A program made the translations under genes and the position numbers. Below, one piece after another: positions 54,452 through 63,967 of a DNA stretch of 64,000 bases. Each line of letters starts with the position of its first letter. The first letter of the stretch is position 1. This DNA is from Chthonomonas sp. (lineage in GTDB: Bacteria; Armatimonadota; Chthonomonadetes; Chthonomonadales; Chthonomonadaceae): NCBI RefSeq assembly GCF_035294505.1, contig NZ_DATGKU010000174.1, positions 73,610 to 137,609 on the forward strand, read 5' to 3'. Under the pieces are notes generated by a model. The model saw only the letters and a program-made list of their open reading frames with translations. It did not search any database and was not told the DNA's origin.

Positions 54452-55834
54452 ATGGATAACTCGACTATGTGGATCGTCATCGCCTGTGCCGTGCTTTTAG
54501 CGGTGATTATTCTCGTCCCCATCATCGTGAATGCCTTCTACCGCACGGTAGATGCCGGCCAGATACTGCTGGTGAGCCGACCCGGAGGAGGGCCTCCGCG
54601 GGTTCACCGCGGCCCCTGCAAGGCCTGGGTCATTCCCCTCCTCACCGCCACCCAAGTGATCCCGGCTCAAGCCATTAATGTGGATATTGACATCACCGAC
54701 CAAACTGCCGATGTGGATGCCAATGGCAGACCGGCCCCGGTAAAGGTGAACGTGAAAGCCTCTGCCATCGTCAGCGTCGGGGAAAGCGATTCGATGGTGA
54801 TCACGGCGGCAAATAAGTTCTTCTCAAAACCGCCAGCAGACCAGCTTTCCACCCTCACCGACGTGCTCTCCTCCGCCGGACGACGCGCCATAAACCTCCT
54901 CACCCTCGACCAGCTCTTCAACGCCCGAACAGCCCCCTCTCCTGCGGCAACCACCTCGCTTGTGCCTGCAGGCGTTAGCGATGTGTTGGCACGCGGAGAG
55001 GACGACGCCTTGGCTGTGATCATTAAAGAAGCCTGCTCTCGTAAACTGCAAGACCTTGGGCTTACCTTCAACAGCCTCAACATCAAGGCTGTGCTTAGCG
55101 ACGTGGCCGAAGCGCGGCGTCGCGAATCGGCAGCACGCGCCAAAGCCAGCGCCGACGTGGTGCAAGCGCAAGAGGAACAACGCGCCCGCATCGCCCAACT
55201 CGTTGCACAGCAGAAGATCAACGATCAGGAGCGCGAGCTGAATATGCAGATCGCCGCCAATGGCGCCGCCGTTGCACGCGCCGAGGCCGAGCGCATGCAG
55301 GCCGTGCGCACCCAACGAGAGGCCGAACTGGCCGCCACCCAGATCACTCAAGCGCGCGCCGACGCCGAGCAGACCGTCATCAAACAAGAGGCAGAGGGTC
55401 GAGCGCAAGCTGCCCGCATTCGTGCCATCGCGGCCGCAGAAGCCGAATCCATCCAAATGAAGGCGAAAGCCCTCGCCGAAGCCGGACCGGCCTACCTCGA
55501 GCTGCGCAGGCTTGAATTGGCTCCCGAATTAACACGCCAGATATCGGCAGCTCTCTCCAATGGGCAGTTCATCAACTTCGGGACTGCCGGCAACGACGGC
55601 CATACAGCAGCCACTACCGCATCAGACGATGTGATGCGCGTGGTGCAAACGCTCATGGCCGCCCAGGTCATTGCCAACAGCAACTTCGGTGGAAACCATA
55701 AATCCGAGGAGCCGGCTGCCCCCACCTCTCTCCCCTCCTCGCAACAGCCCGCCGCTCCCTCCATAAGGCCGGCCTCTCCACCCGCCCAGCCTGCCATTAA
55801 GCCCGACCAGAAACCGAACCAACCAAACCGATGA
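54452..55834 (+). CDS. Flotillin-like SPFH-domain protein with long Ala/Arg/Glu/Gln coiled-coil
   Basis: N-terminal TM, an SPFH-like region, an extended EA-rich coiled coil (ARRRESAARAKASADVVQAQEEQRARIAQLVAQQ...) and a Pro-rich C-terminus. Paired with the NfeD gene. Confidence 0.7.
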   Translation: MDNSTMWIVIACAVLLAVIILVPIIVNAFYRTVDAGQILLVSRPGGGPPRVHRGPCKAWVIPLLTATQVIPAQAINVDIDITDQTADVDANGRPAPVKVNVKASAIVSVGESDSMVITAANKFFSKPPADQLSTLTDVLSSAGRRAINLLTLDQLFNARTAPSPAATTSLVPAGVSDVLARGEDDALAVIIKEACSRKLQDLGLTFNSLNIKAVLSDVAEARRRESAARAKASADVVQAQEEQRARIAQLVAQQKINDQERELNMQIAANGAAVARAEAERMQAVRTQREAELAATQITQARADAEQTVIKQEAEGRAQAARIRAIAAAEAESIQMKAKALAEAGPAYLELRRLELAPELTRQISAALSNGQFINFGTAGNDGHTAATTASDDVMRVVQTLMAAQVIANSNFGGNHKSEEPAAPTSLPSSQQPAAPSIRPASPPAQPAIKPDQKPNQPNR

Positions 55835-55958
55835 TCAAAGAAGGCACAAAACAACTATCGTTTAAAACAGGGTAAACTGAAAGGAGGGAACAGCAGTAAG
55901 TCGAGGAGGACTCTTGCTGCACCGGCGTACCGGCCTTTTACTGTGAGCAAGAGAGTCT

Positions 55959-56615
55959 ATGCATATTGCTAATTTTGCCTATCCGTCAGCACGAGCGCTC
56001 CTTTTGGGGGCTTGTGTGCTGGCGGTTTTGCATGGGTTTTTGCCCTCCCATTGGCTTACGTTCGTAGCTGTGGGGCGTCTGCGACGCTGGTCGGGACGCC
56101 GCACGCTTGGCGTTGCCGCAGCAACAGGGTTTGCACATCTCTTTGCAACCGTTATTCTTGGCTTCTTGCTCGCGCTCTCGGGTAAACACGTTTGGGCCTA
56201 TCTCCACCTGCCGCCCCAGCTGGAGAAAACGGCCATCTCGATTGTCACCATCGGCTTAGGAGTCGTCTTCGTGCTCCAAACGCTTGTGCCTCATAAGGGG
56301 CATCATCATGAAACGGTTCCGACGACCTCTTCAGGAGATAGTGCCATCATCGCGACGCTCTTTATGGGCATGGTGCTCTCCCCATGCCTCGATCTTCTCC
56401 CGCTCTACGTCGTCGGTGCCAATTACTCCATAGCCGTTTTGAGCCTCATGAGCCTGCTTTTCGTAGGAATCACCGTGGGAGTGATGCTCACCCTTATCTG
56501 GCTTACCCTGCAAGGAATGAAACGCCTTAACCTGGAACCGCTCGAACACTACGAGGGTCTCCTCATCGGATGTGTGCTCATTCTATTAGGAATTACGGTC
56601 AACTTTCTGAAGTAA
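55959..56615 (+). CDS. Polytopic membrane protein with His-rich loop, putative metal-ion transporter
   Basis: About 6 TM helices. PHKGHHHETVP loop. Immediately upstream of a CDF transporter. Family not confidently identified. Confidence 0.35.
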   Translation: MHIANFAYPSARALLLGACVLAVLHGFLPSHWLTFVAVGRLRRWSGRRTLGVAAATGFAHLFATVILGFLLALSGKHVWAYLHLPPQLEKTAISIVTIGLGVVFVLQTLVPHKGHHHETVPTTSSGDSAIIATLFMGMVLSPCLDLLPLYVVGANYSIAVLSLMSLLFVGITVGVMLTLIWLTLQGMKRLNLEPLEHYEGLLIGCVLILLGITVNFLK

Positions 56616-56654
56616 GTCATAACGGCGAACGATAATCATAGGAACGGTGAGAAG

Positions 56655-57641
56655 ATGACACATGGAAACGGCGGCTGCGCCCATCATCATGCAGCAGGCA
56701 TTGGAGAGAGGCGGCTTGCCTTCTCTCTACTGGGAACGATTCTTTTCGTCGCCATCGAAATCGGTGTCGGCTTGTGGGCTAACAGTTTGGCTTTGATCTC
56801 CGACGCCGGTCACAACTTCACCGACGCCATGGCGCTGGCCCTATCCTGGTATGGGCTTCGCGTGGCACGCCGGCCTGCCAATGCCATGCGAACCTACGGC
56901 TATCATCGTGTGGGCATCCTAGCGGCCTTCATTAACTCCGCTACGCTGTTTGTGCTCGCCCTCTGGCTTCTCAAAGAGGCTTTTCTACGCCTACTTCATC
57001 CGGAGCCGGTAGCCGGCGTTCCCGTTATCATCGTGGCGGCCATCGCATTGTTGGTGAACACCGTCATCGCCGTTGGCCTCCATCGCGCCTCGCAACATAG
57101 CCTCAATGTTCGTAGCGCTTTCCTGCATATGGTGGGGGATGCGGTGGCCTCCATCGGGGTGATCCTGGCCGGCATTCTGATCGCCATAACCAAATGGACT
57201 CTTATAGACCCGCTGGTCTCCATCGGCATCTCAGGGCTTATCGCCTGGTCTTCATGGGGCATCATTCGTGACAGCCTCAATGTGCTGCTCGAAGGCACTC
57301 CTCGCGGGCTGAATGTGGAGGAGATGACCCGGCATATGCTGGCGGTGCCCGGCGTCAGCGACGTGCACGATCTGCATGTCTGGACTATCGGCGATGGGAT
57401 GACGGCTCTCTCTTGCCACCTCATCGTAGATAAGGAGAAGATCGATCAGGCTCCCGATGTCGTTCGCAAGACAAAACAGATGCTGGCCACGCGCTATTCG
57501 GTAGGCCATGCAACCATCGAAACGGAATGCGGTGGGTGTGGCCAACCGGATGAACCCTACTGCCGCCTTGAACCGCTGCCCAATGAGAACCCCCCGAATC
57601 ATCACGAGCATGATCATCACGAATGCGATCACGCGCACTAA
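56655..57641 (+). CDS. czcD: Cation diffusion facilitator family metal (Zn/Co/Cd) efflux transporter
   Basis: SDAGHNFTDA signature. His-rich N- and C-termini (HHHAAG ... HHEHDHHECDHAH). Six TM helices plus a C-terminal cytoplasmic domain. Confidence 0.85.
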   Translation: MTHGNGGCAHHHAAGIGERRLAFSLLGTILFVAIEIGVGLWANSLALISDAGHNFTDAMALALSWYGLRVARRPANAMRTYGYHRVGILAAFINSATLFVLALWLLKEAFLRLLHPEPVAGVPVIIVAAIALLVNTVIAVGLHRASQHSLNVRSAFLHMVGDAVASIGVILAGILIAITKWTLIDPLVSIGISGLIAWSSWGIIRDSLNVLLEGTPRGLNVEEMTRHMLAVPGVSDVHDLHVWTIGDGMTALSCHLIVDKEKIDQAPDVVRKTKQMLATRYSVGHATIETECGGCGQPDEPYCRLEPLPNENPPNHHEHDHHECDHAH

Positions 57642-57784
57642 ATGTAACTACAGCTTTGTTTTGCACAAAACGCCTCTTTCGCCCAATTATAGGGTATATT
57701 CTGATGTTTGGACGAAATAAGCCTGTTTTGCGCCAATAGGCCTCTAAGAGAGAGAACTCATCAAGTCATGCTGTGAGGACATTC

Positions 57785-59878
57785 ATGTCAGACCCACAAA
57801 TAAGTTCAAAAGAGCCAACCCCACCGTTGGAGCCGGTGCCCCCGCCACAGCCGTCGCTCCTCAAACGGTTTATACGCGTCCTTCTTGGGCGTCCGCTCTC
57901 CTCCTCCCAAATGGAGCACACCCTGCTACCGAAATTTTTAGCCCTTCCGGTGTTCTCCTCCGATGCCATCTCCTCGGTGGCCTATGCAACGCAAGAGATT
58001 CTTCTTGTGCTCGGCGGCGCCGGACTTTGGATCAGCAGCGCGCAACCGCTCTATTCACACTACACCATGCTGATCACCACCCTCATCGTCATCCTCTTGG
58101 CGATAGTCGTCGCCTCCTACTGGCAAACGATACACGGTTATCCCAACGGAGGAGGCTCTTACATTGTCGCTAAAGATAACCTAAAACCCCGCTTTATGCC
58201 CGATCTGCCCGGTCTCATCGCAGCCTCCGCCCTTCTCATAGACTATGTGCTTACCGTAGCCGTATCCATTGCATCGGGAGTTCAAAACCTTGAAAGCCTG
58301 CCACTTCCTCCCTGGCTGCAATGGCTTCACTTCGATCATCTCGTTCTTTGGTGTCTGCTCTTTATTGGCCTGCTCACTTTGGCCAATCTCCGCGGTCTCA
58401 AAGAATCCGGCTCGATGTTCGCCATCTTCACTTACGGCTTCGTGATCATGTGCTACCTCATGATCTTTTTAGGAGTGTTTGGGCATGCCTTTCTCGGCTG
58501 GCATGTGCACCCGCAGTATGCTAACCAGCGTTGGTGGGATGGCTCTACGGCACAATCGCCAGGGGCAAACACCATGGGAACCGTAGGACTTTTCCTTCTG
58601 CTCAGCGCCTTCGCGAATGGATGTTCCGCCATGACCGGAACCGAGGCCGTTAGCAACGGCATCCCGGCCTTCCGAGAACCGAAATCGCACAACGCGGCTT
58701 GGACGCTGATCTATATGGGCATCATTCTCGGAAGCATTCTGCTCGGAATCTCTTACCTGGCCGTGAATTTTCACGTGGTCTACTGGGAACATGCCGGACA
58801 GACCGCCCCCGCCGTAATAGACCAGATATCCGGCACCGTCTTTGGCAAAACAGGGCGCTGGCAGTTCCTCTACTGGGCCGCACAGTTCTTTACTGCGGCC
58901 ATTTTGGTGCTGGCAGCCAACACAAGCTATGCCGATTTTCCTCGCCTCTCCTCTATCCTCGCCCGTGATCGCTATATGCCTAAACAGATGGCTAACCTCG
59001 GCGATAAGCTGGTCTTCACCAATGGCATTTTGCTTCTGGGTCTCTTTGCCAGCCTGCTCATCGTATGGAAAAAAGGCAACGTGGACGCTCTCATTCCCCT
59101 CTATGCCATCGGCGTCTTCACCGCCTTCACCCTCTCTCAAGCCGGTATGGTCGTGCACTGGTACAATCTTCGCAAAGTCGTACGAGGCTGGCAAGTGAAG
59201 GCGTTCTTCAACGGCCTGGGCGCCGTCGCCACCGGTTTGGTCTTTATTGACCTCATCATCGAAAAATCGCCTGAGGGTGCCTGGATCGTTTTAATTCTTG
59301 TGCCCATCATGGTCTATCTTTTCAAAAGAATCCATGCCCACTACGAAGAGGTCGCCAAGCTGTTAACTCTCGATAACTACTGCCCTCCTAAAGAACCTCA
59401 GAAAAACATCGTCCTCGTGCTCGTCCCCACCCTGCATCGTGGCGTTATGCAAGCTCTGGAATACGCTCGCTCGATATCCAGTGACTGCCGCGCCGTCCAT
59501 GTCTGCGTAAACCCCGAAGAGACACCACGGCTCATCCAACGCTGGGAGCAATGGGTACATGATGTGCCTCTTGTGATCCTCAACTCGCCCTACCGCACCC
59601 TCATCGAACCGATTATGCGCTATCTTGATGCCATTCACCTGGAACGTCCCAACACCACCATCACCGTCGTTATCCCAGAGTTCGTTCCCCCAAAATGGTG
59701 GCATGCGTTTTTACATGGCCAGTCGGCAGCCCGCCTTAAGCTGGCGCTGCTCGGTAGAGAAGACGTTGTGGTGACCAATGTCCGCTACTTCCTTCATCCC
59801 TGCGAGGAAGGAACGTCGCCCAAAATGTTGAATAATCCAACATTGCTCCCTCAGAAACAAACAGGGGCTGTGAAATGA
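57785..59878 (+). CDS. APC-superfamily permease with C-terminal Usp-like (degenerate universal stress protein fold) cytoplasmic domain
   Basis: ORF track starts at GTG 57773. The ATG at 57785 follows GAGGA. About 12 TM helices. C-terminal ~150 aa NIVLVLVPTLHRGVMQALEYA...TVVIPEF is Usp-like. Confidence 0.65.
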   Translation: MSDPQISSKEPTPPLEPVPPPQPSLLKRFIRVLLGRPLSSSQMEHTLLPKFLALPVFSSDAISSVAYATQEILLVLGGAGLWISSAQPLYSHYTMLITTLIVILLAIVVASYWQTIHGYPNGGGSYIVAKDNLKPRFMPDLPGLIAASALLIDYVLTVAVSIASGVQNLESLPLPPWLQWLHFDHLVLWCLLFIGLLTLANLRGLKESGSMFAIFTYGFVIMCYLMIFLGVFGHAFLGWHVHPQYANQRWWDGSTAQSPGANTMGTVGLFLLLSAFANGCSAMTGTEAVSNGIPAFREPKSHNAAWTLIYMGIILGSILLGISYLAVNFHVVYWEHAGQTAPAVIDQISGTVFGKTGRWQFLYWAAQFFTAAILVLAANTSYADFPRLSSILARDRYMPKQMANLGDKLVFTNGILLLGLFASLLIVWKKGNVDALIPLYAIGVFTAFTLSQAGMVVHWYNLRKVVRGWQVKAFFNGLGAVATGLVFIDLIIEKSPEGAWIVLILVPIMVYLFKRIHAHYEEVAKLLTLDNYCPPKEPQKNIVLVLVPTLHRGVMQALEYARSISSDCRAVHVCVNPEETPRLIQRWEQWVHDVPLVILNSPYRTLIEPIMRYLDAIHLERPNTTITVVIPEFVPPKWWHAFLHGQSAARLKLALLGREDVVVTNVRYFLHPCEEGTSPKMLNNPTLLPQKQTGAVK

Positions 59879-60675
59879 TCATCGAAACCCAGGACGATGT
59901 CGTGCGCCTCTCCGGCTCGCTACGGCAAAACCAGTGGCCGACCATTCGCGCCGTGGCCGGCATGTTGCTCCACGATCATCCCGAAGGCATCATCATAGAT
60001 TGCGCCAACCTTCAGGATATTTCCGAGGAGGGCGCCAAAACCTTTCTCGAAGCCATGCGCGATATCGAGGCTGCCGGCAAACGCATTATTGTGGCGAACC
60101 TACCGGAACATGTTCTTAATGTCATCAAAAGCGTACCTGGTATCCGTTCTCAACTCCCTATCGCGAACTCGGTCGAAGAGGCACGCGCCTCGTTGCATAG
60201 ATTGCCTCAACATGCCTCTCCTACAGCCCTATCCCCAAAAGGCAGATCGCTTCTAGTGCTGCTTGTACCGGGAATTGACCTAACCCCCGGCGCGTGGCTC
60301 GCCACCCAAATGGCACGCGCACGCCGTTCAGAGGTCGCATTCGTCTTTCTCCTCGAAGTGCCCCGCGACCTGCCTCTTAATACCCCACTCGGCGAACAGG
60401 AGGATGAAGCACAACACGCCCTGGAGGTTGCCATGAACTTCGCAAAACATGCCGGTGTCACAGCCACACCCCATATTGAGCGCGTTCGCGATCTCATTGA
60501 TGGCTCCCTTGCTATGATCCGACAATATGAGGTAGAGCGTGTCGTGTTCGCCACTAGTCGGCAAAACCTCGATACCGGAAACGAAGAGATCTTCTATCGC
60601 CTTGTGGACGCGCTGCTGCACCGGGCCCCATGTGAGGTGATCGTAGGACGATTGAAAGCGGAAAGAATCGGGTAA
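59875..60675 (+). CDS. STAS (anti-sigma-factor-antagonist-like) domain fused to Usp-like domain
   Basis: ATGA overlap with the permease stop (translational coupling). N-terminal ~110 aa STAS-like (IIIDCANLQDISEEGAKTFLEAMRDIEAAGKRIIVANLPEHVLNVI). C-terminal Usp-like domain paralogous to the permease tail. Confidence 0.55.
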   Translation: MIIETQDDVVRLSGSLRQNQWPTIRAVAGMLLHDHPEGIIIDCANLQDISEEGAKTFLEAMRDIEAAGKRIIVANLPEHVLNVIKSVPGIRSQLPIANSVEEARASLHRLPQHASPTALSPKGRSLLVLLVPGIDLTPGAWLATQMARARRSEVAFVFLLEVPRDLPLNTPLGEQEDEAQHALEVAMNFAKHAGVTATPHIERVRDLIDGSLAMIRQYEVERVVFATSRQNLDTGNEEIFYRLVDALLHRAPCEVIVGRLKAERIG

Positions 60676-60823
60676 CTGTTCCCCGTACCGAGACTAGGGT
60701 TTTGTGGGTCTTCCAGACAGGAGGAGATCGGCGTTATGGAGGACTGAGGTCTGAAACTTTGTAGGCATCAGCCGTCTTGAGGATGCAGCTTTCGTGGGTA
60801 TATATATAGCAGGTTTTTCTGAG

Positions 60824-60883
60824 AAAGGAGGGTGGCATTCGTCTCCCGCCTAAACGTGGGAGTCTCCTGCCGCAATCTTTATG
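60824..60883 (+). promoter_or_regulatory. Conserved 5' leader element upstream of nadC (homologous to holA leader)
   Basis: AAAGGAGGG box 57 nt upstream of the ATG, a hairpin CTCCC-GCCTAAACGT-GGGAG, then an AGTCTCC box. A TATATAT -10-like box at 60800-60808. Confidence 0.4.
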
Positions 60884-61774
60884 AACGCCTTCTCTTCTAA
60901 ATCCAAAGAGACCAGCCCTTACGCTCCCTTCAGAGATTTCCCCGGTCTGGCCTCCATCGTGCAACAGGCTCTTAGGGAAGATATCGGCACGGGAGATATC
61001 ACCACGCAACTCGTGATCCCCTCAACCGCCCGTGCAAAGGCCAATATCACTACACGAGTTGCAGGGGTCATCGCCGGCCTACCGGTTGTTCAAGAAGTCT
61101 ATCGTCAACTCGACCCCAGCGTTCAGGTGGAGTTGATCGTGCAGGACGGCGACTCGGTGGAGGCGAACACGCCGCTTGCCATCCTCTCCGGGTGTGCCCA
61201 AAGCCTCCTCACCGGGGAGCGAGTGGCTCTTAATTTCGTACAACGTCTTAGCGGCATCGCCACGCTCACCGCAAAGTTTGTGGCAGCCGCCCGCCGAGAA
61301 GGTCTACGAATTGTAGACACACGCAAGACAACGCCCGGACTTCGCCTCTTAGAAAAGTATGCGGTGCGAGTCGGTGGGGGTCACAACCATCGCTTTGGCC
61401 TCTATGATGCCGTCTTAATTAAAGATAACCATATCGCCGCTTGCGGTTCCATCACAGAAGCGGTTCGTGCCGCCCTTACCGGTGCACCGCATGTTATGAG
61501 CGTCACCGTAGAATGCGACACGCTCGAACAAGTGCAAGAAGCGCTCGATGCTGGCGCCGATGTCATTCTTCTCGATAACATGTCCCCCGAGCAGCTGCGT
61601 GCAGCGGTTGCATTGGTGAACGGCCAAGCCATGGTCGAGGCCAGCGGAGGAATTACCTTAGAGACGATCGCCGAGGTGGCTGCTACCGGTGTGGACATCA
61701 TCTCTATCGGCGCTCTCACCCATTCCGCACCCGCCCTCGACATCGGTATGGATTTCGTCATGACAAGTCTCTGA
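60881..61774 (+). CDS. nadC: Nicotinate-nucleotide pyrophosphorylase (quinolinate phosphoribosyltransferase, carboxylating)
   Basis: N-terminal ALREDIGTGDITT, central RKTTPGLRLLEKYAVRVGGGHNHRFGL and C-terminal LLDNMSPEQL...ASGGITLETI are NadC hallmarks. Confidence 0.85.
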   Translation: MNAFSSKSKETSPYAPFRDFPGLASIVQQALREDIGTGDITTQLVIPSTARAKANITTRVAGVIAGLPVVQEVYRQLDPSVQVELIVQDGDSVEANTPLAILSGCAQSLLTGERVALNFVQRLSGIATLTAKFVAAARREGLRIVDTRKTTPGLRLLEKYAVRVGGGHNHRFGLYDAVLIKDNHIAACGSITEAVRAALTGAPHVMSVTVECDTLEQVQEALDAGADVILLDNMSPEQLRAAVALVNGQAMVEASGGITLETIAEVAATGVDIISIGALTHSAPALDIGMDFVMTSL

Positions 61775-61951
61775 CGCTCCCCGGCAGAAAAGCAACGGTA
61801 CTCGGCTCTCCGACCCGCCCAACCGCAAAGCCTCCCCGCTGCTTCATACACCCACACCCCTCCCGACTGGGAACGGTGTCGTTAATAGAGTATACTGGTC
61901 TACGCGGATGGTCACCCTCTCCGCTGCGGACTTGAGGCACAGTGTTTTCAG

Positions 61952-61976
61952 CCCCGCCTCACGAAGCGGGGGTTTT
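61952..61976 (+). terminator. Rho-independent terminator / attenuator-like hairpin between nadC and birA
   Basis: CCCCGC-CTCACGAA-GCGGGG followed by GTTTT. Lies only about 20 nt upstream of the birA ATG and downstream of a TATACT box. Confidence 0.5.
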
Positions 61977-61994
61977 CCGCATCGGGCTATAATC

Positions 61995-62828
61995 ATGGCA
62001 CTCTACCATCTTTCAAGCGTTCCCTCCACGATGGACGTGGCACGCGATCTACTTCATTCCGATCCACTTGCCTTACAGCGCTGGGACGGCGTTCTCGCCG
62101 ACGAACAGACCCAAGGACGCGGCCAACGTGGCCGCAGCTGGTTTGCCCGTGCTGGCGAGAGCCTCTGTGCCACCTTCTTCTATCCCCAAACGTTCCCAAT
62201 GCCCTCTCATCCTCATGACGAGCCTCTACAAAGAGTTGCCATGCTCTCTATATTGGCCGGGGTTGCCGTCGCCGAGTCGATCCATCGTGCCCTCCTCAAG
62301 GCGCTGGGCCTCCCGATATCCAACCGGCCGACCCCGTCTAAGCCCGATATCGGCCTCAAATGGCCCAACGATCTCCTTCTCAACCACAGAAAAACGGGGG
62401 GTATCTTGATAGAACTGGCCCAACTGCCGACAGGAGAACACATCCCTCTTATCGGTGTGGGCATAAACCTGTACATTAGGGAGTTTCCTCCGGAGCTGGC
62501 TTCACGCGCCACCTCCTTTCTCCGCGAAGGCATCCAAGGCATAACTCCCCTGTGGCTAGGGGCCCAGATAGCGATCTCTCTCAAGTTGTGGGCAGAACGT
62601 TATGCCGCCGGCGGCCCGGAGAGCGTCATGCGCCGATGGCAATACTACGACCGAACAAAAGGCACGGCCTATACGGTCTCTATCGGGGAACGGCAGGTTA
62701 GAGGCGTCGCCGTGGAGGTCGCTTCAAATGGCACCTTGCTGCTTCAGCTTGAGGATGGAACGCTCTTTCCCTGCTTTACTGCCAGCTCCGTGCAGCAAGA
62801 GGATAACAGACTCGATGCTACCGAGTAG
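61995..62828 (+). CDS. birA: Biotin--[acetyl-CoA-carboxylase] ligase, class I (no DNA-binding domain)
   Basis: ORF track starts at 61908. The ATG at 61995 gives MALYHLSSVPSTMDVARDLL. Catalytic GRGQRGRSWF motif (cf. GRGRRGRxW). Confidence 0.8.
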   Translation: MALYHLSSVPSTMDVARDLLHSDPLALQRWDGVLADEQTQGRGQRGRSWFARAGESLCATFFYPQTFPMPSHPHDEPLQRVAMLSILAGVAVAESIHRALLKALGLPISNRPTPSKPDIGLKWPNDLLLNHRKTGGILIELAQLPTGEHIPLIGVGINLYIREFPPELASRATSFLREGIQGITPLWLGAQIAISLKLWAERYAAGGPESVMRRWQYYDRTKGTAYTVSIGERQVRGVAVEVASNGTLLLQLEDGTLFPCFTASSVQQEDNRLDATE

Positions 62829-62899
62829 GAAATGACGACCTGTTTGGCGAACGAAAGCACATCGGAACATCACGCCTCTCATAAGGAGACCCATGCGCC

Positions 62900-63967
62900 A
62901 TGTTAAACCAAGCCCGTATCGGCATCGGCATTCTCTCTTTCGCCCACGGACATGTGAACGCCTATGCCGAGCGCATCCGTCAGTTTGATGATGCTCAACT
63001 TATCGCCTGCTGGGATAGCGATGAGTCGCGAGGGAAGCGCCAAGCAGCGCACTTTGGCATCCCCTACTCGCCGCATCTTGAGGACGTACTCAACCGCAAA
63101 GATATTGACTGCGTGATCATCGCCTCAGAAACCAACCGCCATGCCGATCTGGCCGTCGCAGCCCTCGAAGCGGGGAAAGCTGTTTTCCTACAGAAGCCAA
63201 TGGCCATCACTTTGGCAGATTGCGATCGGATTATCGCCGCGGTGGAACGGTCTGGATGCTGGTTCAGTATGGCCTTCCAAATGCGATGCGACCCTCAAAA
63301 CATCCGTATGAAGCAGCTGGTCGAGGAGGGTGCCGTTGGTCGTGTCGGAACCATTCGGCGTCGCCACTGCATCCCCGTGCTCTTTGACAAAAACTTCGTG
63401 GAAGGCCCCACCCGATGGCACATTCTGCGCGAAACCAACTTCGGCATGTTTTTTGACGACGCCACCCATGCCCTCGATTGGCTCGTCTGGATGCTAGGCA
63501 AACCTCCCGTTTCGGTCATCGCAGAAATTGATAACGTGTTAACCCATGTCGCTCCCGATGATACCGGAGTGGCCATCTACCGTTATGAGGATGGCCTGTT
63601 TGCTGAAGTTTATAACTCCAGCGTTACTCTGGCCGGAGAGAACACCACCGAGATATATGGTGACAGAGGTGTCATTATTCAGAATCATGGCGACGCTCCT
63701 TCGGCCATGATCAAGCCTCCGCATCCTATCGGGGTAAAACTCTATCAGCGCGACAAGGCCGAGTTGGGCTGGCAAGACCTCGGCCTTCCCATTCCTGCCT
63801 CTCACGGAGAGCGGATTGCCGGTGTAGCCCGCCCCTTTATTGACGCCTTCAAAAGCGGTAAACCGTTGTGCACCGCTCAAGAAGGGCGCCTCTCGGTGGA
63901 AATGTGCCTCGCCGCCTACAAAGCGGCAGAAACCGGCCAACGTGTCTTCTTCCCCTTTTCGGGTTAG
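62900..63967 (+). CDS. Gfo/Idh/MocA-family NAD(P)-dependent oxidoreductase
   Basis: N-terminal IGIGILSFAHGHVNAYAE Rossmann. EKPMA motif (FLQKPMAITLAD). C-terminal alpha/beta domain. Confidence 0.8.
   Translation: MLNQARIGIGILSFAHGHVNAYAERIRQFDDAQLIACWDSDESRGKRQAAHFGIPYSPHLEDVLNRKDIDCVIIASETNRHADLAVAALEAGKAVFLQKPMAITLADCDRIIAAVERSGCWFSMAFQMRCDPQNIRMKQLVEEGAVGRVGTIRRRHCIPVLFDKNFVEGPTRWHILRETNFGMFFDDATHALDWLVWMLGKPPVSVIAEIDNVLTHVAPDDTGVAIYRYEDGLFAEVYNSSVTLAGENTTEIYGDRGVIIQNHGDAPSAMIKPPHPIGVKLYQRDKAELGWQDLGLPIPASHGERIAGVARPFIDAFKSGKPLCTAQEGRLSVEMCLAAYKAAETGQRVFFPFSG

Noticed and set aside
54667-55456. 184-aa and 210-aa minus-strand ORFs antisense to the flotillin coiled-coil region
   Set aside because: Ala/Arg-rich junk mirrored from the GC-rich coiled-coil coding sequence. 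The + strand protein has clear SPFH/flotillin architecture.
58469-59194. 241-aa minus-strand ORF inside the permease gene
   Set aside because: Antisense to a well-supported 12-TM permease. No family resemblance or start signals.
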